This document shows, in pieces, positions 1 to 8,789 of a stretch of DNA of 64,000 nucleotides (the first letter of the stretch is position 1; every line of letters begins with the position of its first letter). The DNA is from an uncultured Gemmatimonadaceae bacterium (GTDB taxonomy: Bacteria; Gemmatimonadota; Gemmatimonadetes; Gemmatimonadales; Gemmatimonadaceae): the NCBI GenBank assembly GCA_963724885.1, contig CAVRWG010000002.1:114150-178149 (forward strand), in the 5' to 3' direction. A model generated the notes under the pieces. The model did not search any database. It had not been told where the DNA came from and saw only the letters and a program-made list of their open reading frames with translations. The position numbers and the translations under genes were made by a program.

Positions 1-1335
1 CGGTGTCTTCACGGAAGCGTCCTCCGGGAGCTCCACGATCACGCGAACGCCGTACACGATGCCGCTGCGGCCCATCGCCTCGAGTGCGCGCAGCCCGCGC
101 GCGGACTCGATCGACGCCGGCAGCCAGTCGCCGCCCGGCGTGTGCGTCTCGAGCGCGCGCCACTGCCACGCAAGCGCAAGCGTCGGCGCGCCCGCGAGCA
201 CCAGCACGAGCAGCGGCCGGTTCACGATCCAGCCGCTCCAGCGTCGCCAGATATCCGCACGGTCGCGCGCGCCGGGCCGCGCGCGTCGCAGGCGCGGGGC
301 GTCGATGCGATCGCCGAGGATCGCCAGCGCTCCGGGAAGCAGCGTCGTCGCCATCAAGACGGAGACGGTGGTCACGAGCGCGCCGCCGATCGCGATGGAG
401 CGGAGGTCGGGGAGCGGCACCAGCAGGAGCGCGAGGAAGCCGACGAGCACCGCGGCGCCGGAGAGGGCGATGCTGTGGCCGGCGCGCGACGCGGCCTCGA
501 CGGCGGCCGCTTCGACGCCACCACCCCGGCGGCGGCTCTCGCGAAACCGGCTCACGAGGAGCAGCGCGTAGTCGATGCCGAGCCCCAGGCCCAGCATCGT
601 CGCGACGTTGAGCACCAGGATGGAAACGGGGAACAACCGGGCGACCAGCGCCACGACGCCCATCGTGACCGCGATCGCGAGCGCGCCGATTGCGACCGGA
701 ATGGCGGCGGCCACGAGCGCCCCGAACGCGATCGCGAGCAGCACGAGTGTCAACGGAAGCACCCGGCGCTCGGCGCGATTGGCATCGTCGGCGCTCACGC
801 GGCGCAGGTCCACCGTCAGCGGCAACTCGCCGGTCCAGAGGAGCTCCGCCCGCGGATGCCGGGCGCGCAGCTCGGCGACGAGTGCCGCGGTCGTGGCGCG
901 CAGCGACGGGAGGACGGCGTCGACGCTCGTGCCGCTTTCCCCCTCACGAAAGCCGACCATGACGAACGTGCTTCCGTCCCGTGCCGCGAACAGCGTGTCC
1001 GGCGCGTCGAGCAGGGAGAAGGTGGCCGCCACCGCGCTGTTGGCTCGCACCCGGCCGACGATCCGCGCCAGCGTCGCGCGGCCGCTGTCCTGAAACGGGC
1101 TCGGAATGCCGCGCACCACCAGCACGGCATGACGCGCGAAAGGAGATGCGAGCCGGTCGCCCATGAGCACCGCGGCACGCGCGGACTCGCTTCCCGGGAC
1201 GCGCGTGCCCGTGTCGAGCCGCTGCTCCACGCCGCGGGCGAAGGGAATCAGCGCCGCCGCAACGAGCGCCCACGCGACGAGCACGGCACGGCGGTGCCTG
1301 ACGATGAACTCCGGAAAGCGCGCCAGGTAGCTCAT
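1..1335 (-). CDS. MMPL/RND-superfamily membrane transporter (MmpL-like), N-terminal part; 3' end lies beyond the window start
   Basis: Reverse strand from ATG (rc of 1333-1335) translates MSYLARFPEFIVRHRRAVLVAWALVAAALIPF... followed by multiple hydrophobic helices and a periplasmic domain, typical of MMPL exporters. It is absent from the ORF track because no stop codon falls inside the window. The start overlaps the stop of the upstream gene (ATGA). Confidence 0.7.
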   Translation of the reverse strand, partial: MSYLARFPEFIVRHRRAVLVAWALVAAALIPFARGVEQRLDTGTRVPGSESARAAVLMGDRLASPFARHAVLVVRGIPSPFQDSGRATLARIVGRVRANSAVAATFSLLDAPDTLFAARDGSTFVMVGFREGESGTSVDAVLPSLRATTAALVAELRARHPRAELLWTGELPLTVDLRRVSADDANRAERRVLPLTLVLLAIAFGALVAAAIPVAIGALAIAVTMGVVALVARLFPVSILVLNVATMLGLGLGIDYALLLVSRFRESRRRGGGVEAAAVEAASRAGHSIALSGAAVLVGFLALLLVPLPDLRSIAIGGALVTTVSVLMATTLLPGALAILGDRIDAPRLRRARPGARDRADIWRRWSGWIVNRPLLVLVLAGAPTLALAWQWRALETHTPGGDWLPASIESARGLRALEAMGRSGIVYGVRVIVELPEDASVKTP

Positions 1336-2504
1336 CAGACGAGTGCCGTCTCGTGGTGCAGCAGCCTGCCGGAGAACATGTCGGGATCCGCGGAGCCGCG
1401 GGCGGTCGTGACGTACGCGCCGACGGCTGTCGGCTGTGCGAGCAAGCCCCGGACGGCCGCGCACATCGGGTCGCGCGCATCCAGGCCGATGGTGATGAAC
1501 GCGTAGTTCCGGCCGCAGTAGCGGCGGTACGCCTCCAGCACGAGCGCACGCAACACGTGCGTCTCCCGGGCGCAAACATGCACCGTCGCCAGCGCCGGCA
1601 GCACGGATCCCGCCGCGGGCAGCGGCACGCTGCCCACGAGCGGGGCGACGACGTTGATCGCCCGACGCACGATTGCGAGGCGCCGTGAGTAGCCTACCAC
1701 GCGCATCTGCTTGAAGGCCGCCTGGTCCCAGACGCCGAGGAACCCCCGGACGCGACCGGCGGCGTCCGTGGCCAGGAGATAGTTCGGCACCGTCAGGCCT
1801 GGCGCGCGACGGATCCAGGCGGCGAGGTGATCAGCGTCTCCCATGCCGGCGTCCGCGAACTGCCGCGTCGGGGCATAGCGCCGCCACGCCGCCGCCATCG
1901 CGTCGAGGTCGCCGTCGGTTGCCTGGCGCACGTGAATCCCCGACACGCGTTCGCGACGCTCCCAGAGCAGCGGGATGGCCCACACGGATAGCGTTGCAAA
2001 GCGCGAGAGCACGGCCGATCCGCGCGGCCCGCGCGTGCGATTCTCCATCGCCGAATTCCCGCCGAGGATCGTGCAGACGAGCGGCGCGTCCGGCCCGCAG
2101 AGGTCGGCCGCCGCCTCGCCCGCGTAACGTGTCAAGCGGTCGGCCGCACCCGAACGACGCGCACGCGGGTGCACCTTGAGGTCGCCGACATACGTGATGG
2201 GCCGCACCACGTCGTTGACGTACGCCAGCCTCCGCGCGGCGGCCACGCAGCCGACCACGTCTCCTTCGGCGTCCGGGATCACGCCGATTCGCGAGCGATT
2301 GCCCTCCAGGCGGTTGAGCGCGAAGAAGTCCGGCGAGCGGTCCATGCGCAGCGCGACGTCGCCGTGCATGGTGCACGCGGCCGTCAGCTCGATGAGAGCC
2401 TTGTTGTCCGCCGCGACGGCCTCGCGCACCCCCAGGTCTTCGCCGGAACCGGCCGGTGCCGGAGCCCGGCTCGCGATGGCCGTCATGGGCCGCTCACCCG
2501 GCAC
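1335..2504 (-). CDS. GNAT-like acyl/acetyl-transferase
   Basis: 389-aa ORF with an acyl-CoA-binding-like motif VHPRARRSGAADRL (R-x-x-G-x-A) and the size of a two-domain GNAT. It is translationally coupled to both neighbours. Confidence 0.45.
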   Translation of the reverse strand: MPGERPMTAIASRAPAPAGSGEDLGVREAVAADNKALIELTAACTMHGDVALRMDRSPDFFALNRLEGNRSRIGVIPDAEGDVVGCVAAARRLAYVNDVVRPITYVGDLKVHPRARRSGAADRLTRYAGEAAADLCGPDAPLVCTILGGNSAMENRTRGPRGSAVLSRFATLSVWAIPLLWERRERVSGIHVRQATDGDLDAMAAAWRRYAPTRQFADAGMGDADHLAAWIRRAPGLTVPNYLLATDAAGRVRGFLGVWDQAAFKQMRVVGYSRRLAIVRRAINVVAPLVGSVPLPAAGSVLPALATVHVCARETHVLRALVLEAYRRYCGRNYAFITIGLDARDPMCAAVRGLLAQPTAVGAYVTTARGSADPDMFSGRLLHHETALV

Positions 2505-4217
2505 ACGACAACACGTGGTTGCAGGGCGCTGCGATCCTCGCGGATCAACGCAGCGCCGAGCTGGCGATCCTCCTCAAGGCGTGTGCTGCCACCGGGAAGG
2601 TCTGTCCAGCCGACGAAGTTGCGGAACACGAGGCGCGCGCCCGGGGCGGCGACGCGTTCGACCTCGCGAAACAGCGCCGGGATCTCCGCCTCACTCAGCC
2701 ACTCGCAGATGTTGGACAGCGCGAACGCGTTCACCGAGCGGTCCGGCAGCGTCCGCAGGTGGTCCGTCATGCCGCCGTCCACGAGCAACAGGCTGCCGGT
2801 GCCACCCGCGATGACCCCGCACCCGCGCGCGCCGAGGTAGGGCGGCACGCCTTCCGGCTGCTCAATCCGGATACCGCCCCAGGAGCATGTGGTGCAGGAA
2901 GTAGTTGTCGGCGATCGGGATCGCGGTGAGCGCATGGCTCGCGAGCGCGCAGGAAATGTCCGGCGAAGCTCGTCTGCCCGGCGCTGCGCGAAGAAGCGCG
3001 GGTCGAATGCGCGCGACATCGACCACCGGTTGAGCAGCACCGTGAACATCCAGCGCCACCGTCGCGTGTCCCATTCGCGCGTGAAAAGGTCCTGTTGCTC
3101 CTCGAGCGAGCGGCAGGCCAGCAGGCGCTCGACGCGCGACGGCGTCTGTACGACGTGCCGCACGAACCAGCACACGAGCCGGATGAAGCGCTCGCTGACG
3201 CCCGCATTGATTGCGCCCCGCGCCACCGAGGTCGATCGTGCGTCCCAGTACGCCCGCGCCGCGTCGGTGAGCCGGGGGCGCAGCGTCCGGTACAGTTCGA
3301 TGCGTCGCCGGCCGGGCATGTCCTGCCCGCCGAGGAAGGCGATCGCGGTCTCGCGCGCGAGGCCGCAGACGGCGGCGATCTTGAGCTCGACGAGATGGTT
3401 TTGCGCGCGATTCACGTCCACGGCGTGCACCTGCACGCGCGCCGGCGCCCAGCAGCGACAGCGCCGTGCATCCGCCCGAGCTGACCACGACGACGCGGTC
3501 GCCGGGCTGCACGTCGAGCGCGTCGATCTCGACGCGCGCGTCCTCGCGCACCTGCGCGAAGTACAGCCGGTCGTCGCGCGCGCTCGGCAACGCGACACGC
3601 TCGATGCCGAAGGCGCGCCGCTGAGGGGGCGCTGGACGGTGGGTGCGGTCACGCGCCTGCCTCCATCCCAGTTCGAGCGTAAGCGTGTCGTAGACCTCGC
3701 GGTCCACCGCCGCGTAGCGCCGCATGATGTCTTTCACTTCGGCGCCGCGCACGAGCGCCTGTTCGTCGAGCCAGTCCTTCACCCAGGACAGGTGCCCCTG
3801 TTCCTCGTCGAGCATCTGGCGCAGCGTCGCCTGCACCGCCGGATGCGTTCCGGGACGGCGCAGATGCTCGGTGAAGTGCCGGTAGACACGTCGCTCGAAG
3901 ACCTGCGTCAGCGCCAGGACGTGCAGCACGCCGACCGGGTGGCCGACGACGGCCGCGTAGCGCGTCTGGTACGTGTCGCGCACCGGCTGCACGCGTCCAC
4001 CGACCGCCAGGATGGCGTCCGTCCACACCCGCGCGTGCAACACTTCCTCGGCCGAGTGCTCGAGCAGCTTGCTGGCGAGATGGCCGTCCCGCGTGCGACG
4101 CGCGACCTGTCCGAGGATCAGCCCGCCGTGCAGCTCGGACGCGCGATAGAAGTTGAGGAAGCGCAGCTCGCCCTCGGATACCTGCGGCGCACCGCGCTTG
4201 AGTGACGTCGTCGTCAT
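2483..4217 (-). CDS. Fusion protein: N-terminal ferritin-like di-iron domain plus C-terminal BtaA-like (DUF3419) SAM:3-amino-3-carboxypropyl transferase domain; apparent -1 frameshift near 3440-3460
   Basis: From ATG at 4217 (MTTTSLKRG...) one frame carries the E..EHSAEEVLH and LDEEQGHL di-iron motifs, then the BtaA N-terminal signature FAQVREDARVEIDALDVQPGDRVVVVSSGGCTALSLL. The rest of the BtaA domain (...LVDGGMTDHLRTLPDRSVNAFALSNICEWL...) continues in the frame of track ORF 2483..3652, so the reading frame is interrupted once. Confidence 0.55.
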
Positions 4218-4939
4218 ACGGCCTCCTTGAGATGATCGACGAGCCGAACGCCGCACAGGCGCTCGATGCGTCGGGCAAAGGTGCGAATCGCGAGGGGGTC
4301 GCCGGGCAGCGCGACGGGCACTTCCTCCACGGCCCGCTCGCCGAAGTGCCTGAAGTGCGTCGCGGCATCCAGGACGCGGGGAATCACCGTCGGATCGGCC
4401 GCGATGCGCTTGGCGATCAGGTCGGACGCGCTCTGCGCGTGCCGCACCTCGTCCGCCGCGATGAGCGCGAGCAGGTGCGCCAGCACCGGCTCGCGCGTCT
4501 GTTCGCCGAGCCGGCGGAAGAAATAGGACGCGAGATGCTCGCTGAGCATGAACTCGACGAGCCGCTCGATGAGATCGTAGTGGCCCTGGTCGGCATTCCT
4601 TGCAGCCCGGCGCATCTCGACGATGTCGTCGTCCGTCAGTGCCGGCTCGTAGCCCACGGCGTCGAGATACATCCGAAGCGCATGGAAGTGCTTGAAGCCC
4701 TCGTACATCTCGAGCGAGAACACGACACCGGCGTCGACGTCGTCCCACGTCTCCGCCAGGAGTCGCTGGAGATGCACCGGGTGATACGACTCGATGAGCG
4801 CGGCAATCCGGAGCGATGCATGCAGCTCGCGCTCGGGCGCGGCGGCGCCCGGGTCGATGTCGGCCCAGCGCACGTCGCGCTCGACCGACCAGCCACCGCG
4901 GTCCGCGGCGCTCGCGTGGCGCGCGTACAGGCGTCTCAT
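4214..4939 (-). CDS. Ferritin-like di-iron oxygenase/desaturase (acyl-ACP desaturase / AurF-like fold)
   Basis: Internal start MRRLYARHAS (rc ATG at 4937-4939) overlaps the stop of the upstream ligase gene by ATGA. Carries EHLASYFF...ADEVRHAQ helix motifs (E-x-x-H pairs). The long N-terminal extension shown in the track is Arg-rich junk in a GC-rich frame. Confidence 0.5.
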   Translation of the reverse strand: MRRLYARHASAADRGGWSVERDVRWADIDPGAAAPERELHASLRIAALIESYHPVHLQRLLAETWDDVDAGVVFSLEMYEGFKHFHALRMYLDAVGYEPALTDDDIVEMRRAARNADQGHYDLIERLVEFMLSEHLASYFFRRLGEQTREPVLAHLLALIAADEVRHAQSASDLIAKRIAADPTVIPRVLDAATHFRHFGERAVEEVPVALPGDPLAIRTFARRIERLCGVRLVDHLKEAV

Positions 4940-5835
4940 CGCAAAGCCTCCTCGAGCGCCGGCGCGTCCGTGGCGACCAGCGACGCCAGGAGCCAGCGCT
5001 CGAGGCCGAACGCGACGCACGCGGTGAACGCGGGCGAGCCGTCCGCCAGGCGGATGTCGAACGCCTCGCCGAAGAAACGGTCGTGCAGGTTGAATGACGC
5101 CGCCGCCACGGTCTCCCCGTCTCCGACGGGCAGCCGCAGCTCGTGCTTCAGCTCCTTGAGCCGCTGGAGCACCGCGCGGCCACGCCCCGTCGGAGCGAAG
5201 AACGGGTCCTCGGCGGGCGCGAGCTCGTGCTCGAGCTGCAGCTGCCGGGCGAACGCGCGCGCGAACGCGATGCCGCGATCGCGAAACGCGATGCACTCGG
5301 CTTCCGTCCCGATGCACACGATCTCGCGCATCGTGAACGCCCAGCCGCGTTCGAGCGGGCTGAGACGATCGCCCTCGTGCCGCCAGCAGCAGCCCTGCGC
5401 CGTCACGGTGCGTCGCGCACCGACGATCGTATTGGCGAGCGCGGCATACACGTGGTAGCACACGGCGGGTGGCAGCGCGACGCTGGCGGGGACGCCGGCC
5501 CCGCCGGCCTCACGCGCGGGGTGATCGCTCCGCGCGATCGCCTCGAGCGCGCGGGGATCCTCGGTGAGATGCGTGGCCAGCGTGAGCCACTGGGGGAACG
5601 ACGCGAAGTAGTCGGCGCGCTCGAGCACGCCGAGCGGCACGGCGGCGGGCACGGACCACTCGTCGCGCGTCTCCGCGCGACAGCGCACGGCGAGGAGCGA
5701 GTCCAGGCGCGCGAATCGCGCGCGCGTCTCGCCCGAGAGGCCCACGAGGCCGGGCGCCGGCTCCCACAGCTCGCCTCGCGCCCTGAGCCCGGCGATGATG
5801 CCGTCACGCTGCCGCATCGGCTTTCTCCAGGACAA
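4936..5835 (-). CDS. Amino acid:[carrier protein] ligase (class II aminoacyl-tRNA synthetase catalytic-core paralog, SerRS-like, no tRNA-binding arm)
   Basis: Class II motif 2-like CWRHEGDRLSPLERGWAFTMREIVCIG and motif 3-like GSPAFTACVAFGLERWLLA. About 300 aa with no N-terminal coiled-coil. It sits immediately downstream of an approximately 80-aa carrier protein, as in the Bradyrhizobium/Agrobacterium aa:CP ligase loci. Confidence 0.6.
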   Translation of the reverse strand: MSWRKPMRQRDGIIAGLRARGELWEPAPGLVGLSGETRARFARLDSLLAVRCRAETRDEWSVPAAVPLGVLERADYFASFPQWLTLATHLTEDPRALEAIARSDHPAREAGGAGVPASVALPPAVCYHVYAALANTIVGARRTVTAQGCCWRHEGDRLSPLERGWAFTMREIVCIGTEAECIAFRDRGIAFARAFARQLQLEHELAPAEDPFFAPTGRGRAVLQRLKELKHELRLPVGDGETVAAASFNLHDRFFGEAFDIRLADGSPAFTACVAFGLERWLLASLVATDAPALEEALR

Positions 5836-6073
5836 AGACTTCGGCGATGCGCTGGACCGAATGGAAGTTGTCCAGGCGGATCTGGGCGTCGGGGATCTCG
5901 CGTCCGATCTCGCGTTCGGTCCACGCGATGAGATCGAGCACCTTGATGGAGCTCACGAGGCCCGAGGCGAACAGGGGCGTGCGCGCACCGACGACGACGC
6001 CGGGGGGCGCCAGACGCGCGGTGATCCATTGCAGCATGCGCGCGACGAAGCGCGCGCGAGTGGCGGTCATCAT
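5804..6073 (-). CDS. Small acyl/aminoacyl carrier protein (ACP-like, about 80 aa)
   Basis: MMTATRARFVARMLQWITARLAPPGVVVGARTPLFASGLVSSIKVLDLIAWTEREIG...: a four-helix-sized protein with a Ser in an xGLxSSxxxLDLI context resembling a phosphopantetheine attachment site. The start ATG overlaps the reductase stop (ATGA). Confidence 0.55.
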   Translation of the reverse strand: MMTATRARFVARMLQWITARLAPPGVVVGARTPLFASGLVSSIKVLDLIAWTEREIGREIPDAQIRLDNFHSVQRIAEVFVLEKADAAA

Positions 6074-7125
6074 GCGGCCTCCAGCACCTGTGCGGTGCCA
6101 ACGAGGTGATCTGTCATGTTCGCCCAGAAGGACGCGACTGGCGGCGCGCTCTCGCCCAGCAGCGCGTCCGCGGCCCGCGTCTCGAAGCGCTTCGGGTGCG
6201 CGAGTTGCGGAACGAAGTGGCTCAGCGACTGCAGCGCCTGGCGCACGCGCGGGCTGGCGGCATCGTGCACCGCGCGCTCGAAGAGGCGGTACGTCTCGAG
6301 GTCGGTGCGCACGGGGCGCGCGATCCCCTTGCGGCGCCAGGCCGGCGCGCGAAGAAAGGCGTCGTAGCTGACGTCGAGCAGGTCGTCGAGCGGCATGGCG
6401 CCGGCGCCCGCGCAGAAGTGGAAGCTCTGGCGCGCCACATCCGGCGCCAGCGCGACGCGCGCGATCCCGCGCGCGACGTACTCGGTGGTCACGACGTCCA
6501 CGACCGACTCGTCGGTGCCGGGGAGCATCGGGGCCAGCCCGCCGAAGTAGAGGCGCAGGGCCCGATGCACGGCGTTCATTTGCGAGATCAGGCCGCGCGA
6601 GTCGTCGCAGACGATCGTGGCGGGGCGGGCGATGGCCCAGTCGGTGCGCGCCGCGCGCACCAGGTCCTCGGCCTCGGCTTTCGACTGCTCGTAGGCGTTC
6701 GCCCAGCCCGGCGGGTCCACGCCATCGTTCTCCGCGATCGATCCCGTGCGCAGGCCGGCGACGAACGCCGTGCTCACGTACACCCAGCGCGAGACATCGG
6801 GCCAGTCCGCCGACAGTTCCAGCAGGCGGCGCGTGCCATCCCGGTTGGTCCCGCGGGCGTCGTCGAGCGACTGCGAGAAGGACGTGTTCGCGGCGAGGTG
6901 AACGACCATCGTCACTTCACGCGCGAGTTGCGCGCGCACCGCCGGGCCGAGGCCCAGTCCGTCCAGGCGCAGGTCGCCCTGCAGCGCCGGAAGTCCGCCA
7001 ACGGTTTCGGGCCGCCGAGCGAGCACATACACGCGCTCGACCTCGTGGTCGGCCAGCAGGCGACGAACGACCTCGCGTCCGATCAGGCCCGTGGCGCCCG
7101 TCACGAAGCAGCAGTGTCCCGTCAT
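6070..7125 (-). CDS. NAD(P)-dependent thioester/fatty-acyl reductase (extended SDR, terminal-reductase-domain type)
   Basis: N-terminal Rossmann motif CFVTGATGLIGREVVRRLL, an YxxxK-type region (YEQSKAEAE), and a 351-aa length typical of fatty acyl-CoA reductase or NRPS/PKS R-domains. Confidence 0.6.
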   Translation of the reverse strand: MTGHCCFVTGATGLIGREVVRRLLADHEVERVYVLARRPETVGGLPALQGDLRLDGLGLGPAVRAQLAREVTMVVHLAANTSFSQSLDDARGTNRDGTRRLLELSADWPDVSRWVYVSTAFVAGLRTGSIAENDGVDPPGWANAYEQSKAEAEDLVRAARTDWAIARPATIVCDDSRGLISQMNAVHRALRLYFGGLAPMLPGTDESVVDVVTTEYVARGIARVALAPDVARQSFHFCAGAGAMPLDDLLDVSYDAFLRAPAWRRKGIARPVRTDLETYRLFERAVHDAASPRVRQALQSLSHFVPQLAHPKRFETRAADALLGESAPPVASFWANMTDHLVGTAQVLEAA

Positions 7126-7128
7126 GGC

Positions 7129-8100
7129 TCACGCCTCGAGCGCGAGGCCGGTCCAGTGCGCGCCGTACCCGTAGGAGAACAGCAGGATCCTGTCTCCGGC
7201 GTTCACGGCGCCGCCGTCCAGCGCGTCGCGCAGGTTGATGAAGTTGTCGCCCGCGAGCGTGTGGCCGATGCGGGCGATGTTGCCGCTCCAGAGCCGCGCG
7301 TTGGGAAGCGCGGCGAGCCGGAGCAGGATCTCCCAGCTCGTGGCGCTCACGTTGTGCGGCATGATCCAGTTGACGGTGTCCGGCTGCCACCCGGCGTCGG
7401 CGACGGTGCGGCGCATCACGCGCACCGCCGTGGGGAAGTACGACGCCATCACTTCGTCGCGCATCGCCGCGCCGCCGGCCCAGTAGAAGCCCTTGGTGAC
7501 CGAGGCGCCGCCGACGATGCGATTGCGCGTGGCGTCGCGCTCCACCAGCACGGCGCAGGCGGCGTCCGAGGTGCAGTTGGTGATCGCCTCCCGCCCGGCC
7601 GCCGCCGGATAGAACTCGCTCGCGACACACAGCACGCGCTCGAGCCCCTCCGCGACGCACAGCGCGCGCGCGAGCCGCACGGCGCCGAGGATCGCGGTGC
7701 AGGCCAGCTGGTCGAGGCCGAGCACCGTCGCGTGGTCGAGGCCGAGGTCGAACTGGAGCCGCGTGCCCGGATACTCGAAGCGGCCCGTGTCGCACAACGC
7801 ACTGGCTCTCGCGGCGGCGTCCCGTGGCTTGGAGAACGCGATCACGCCGGGAGCGCCGCAGTACAGCAGCGCGTCGATCGACAGCGGATCGACGTGATGA
7901 TCGCGCAGCAGGTCGGACGCGGCCGTGAGCGCGAGGTCGTACGGCGTCTCCTCGACGGCGACACCCACGCGGTCGAATCCGAAGCGCTCGAGCAGGCCGG
8001 CGTCCGACTCCAGTGATCCCGCGGCCGCCAGCTCGCGCACCGAGCGCGACACCGCGGGCACGGCGTAGGAGATGGCCGGGATGCCGGGGCGCGCGATCAT
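7129..8100 (-). CDS. 3-oxoacyl-ACP synthase III (FabH)-like condensing enzyme, atypical
   Basis: Start MIARPGIPAISYAVPAV (rc ATG 8098-8100). Thiolase-fold pattern with a Cys in LDQLACTAILGA, IMPHN and GNIARIGHT segments in KASIII-like positions, and a C-terminal YGYGAHWTGLAL. The residues deviate from canonical FabH, so a divergent KASIII-like acyltransferase is suggested. Confidence 0.5.
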   Translation of the reverse strand: MIARPGIPAISYAVPAVSRSVRELAAAGSLESDAGLLERFGFDRVGVAVEETPYDLALTAASDLLRDHHVDPLSIDALLYCGAPGVIAFSKPRDAAARASALCDTGRFEYPGTRLQFDLGLDHATVLGLDQLACTAILGAVRLARALCVAEGLERVLCVASEFYPAAAGREAITNCTSDAACAVLVERDATRNRIVGGASVTKGFYWAGGAAMRDEVMASYFPTAVRVMRRTVADAGWQPDTVNWIMPHNVSATSWEILLRLAALPNARLWSGNIARIGHTLAGDNFINLRDALDGGAVNAGDRILLFSYGYGAHWTGLALEA

Positions 8101-8693
8101 CGGATGGACTCCAGCTGGGCCACCGCGAGCACGTAGCCGGGCCACGGAGCCGTCAGCCTGGTGGCGGCGCGGAACCGCGCGCCCAGGCAGTGAACGCCGC
8201 GGACGTCGCCATCGTCGATCTCCAGCTCGAGCTCGTGAAAACCGACGCTGGAATCCAGTTCCAGCGCCTTCCACGCCGCTTCCTTCATCGCCCACAGCAC
8301 CGCGGCCGCGATGGACCCGGCGGAGCGGCGCTCGCGGGCGGTGAGGAAGAAGCGCTCGCGGGCCGGATCGATCGCTTCCAGGTTCTCGAGATCGATGCCG
8401 ATGTGCGATCCATCGGTCGCGGCGACCGCAGCCGCGAGTCCGTCGCGATGCGTCAGCGAGAGGGCGACTCTGCGACGCGCGGAACCCTCTCCGACGAGGT
8501 GCGCCAGGGGTGCGCGGTTGGCGCGGCGCTGAACCTCGATGGTTCCGCGGTCGCCGACGAGTTTACGAATGGCGCGATGGGCCGCGATGCGCGACGCGAC
8601 GAGCTCTGCGTCGGGCCTGAGGCCATCCGCCGACGGCAACTCCGCGACGGTCGCGAGCGCGACCACTGGATGACCACTGAATTGAGCCGGCAT
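8097..8693 (-). CDS. 4'-phosphopantetheinyl transferase (Sfp/AcpT type)
   Basis: HIGIDLENLEAI and WAMKEAAWKAL motifs. Likely start MPAQFSGHPV preceded by a gaggtgg RBS-like sequence. The stop overlaps the KASIII-like start. Confidence 0.6.
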   Translation of the reverse strand: MPAQFSGHPVVALATVAELPSADGLRPDAELVASRIAAHRAIRKLVGDRGTIEVQRRANRAPLAHLVGEGSARRRVALSLTHRDGLAAAVAATDGSHIGIDLENLEAIDPARERFFLTARERRSAGSIAAAVLWAMKEAAWKALELDSSVGFHELELEIDDGDVRGVHCLGARFRAATRLTAPWPGYVLAVAQLESIR

Positions 8694-8789
8694 CGTCCCA
8701 CCTCGGTGCATTGTTCGCACGTAAGGTGGGTCGTCCCAACGGCCTCAAAAATCAGTCTGTTTACGTAGCAGGAGCGGCCGAAACTACGT

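Noticed and set aside
142-1506. Long plus-strand ORFs (142..1506 and 3..611) overlapping the MMPL gene
   Set aside because: Arg/Ala/Gly-rich low-complexity translations typical of the antisense frame in 70% GC DNA. The minus-strand MMPL reading has coherent TM-protein composition.
6106-8016. 636-aa plus-strand ORF spanning the reductase and KASIII genes
   Set aside because: Antisense to two well-supported genes. It has extreme Arg/Ala/Gly composition and no motifs.
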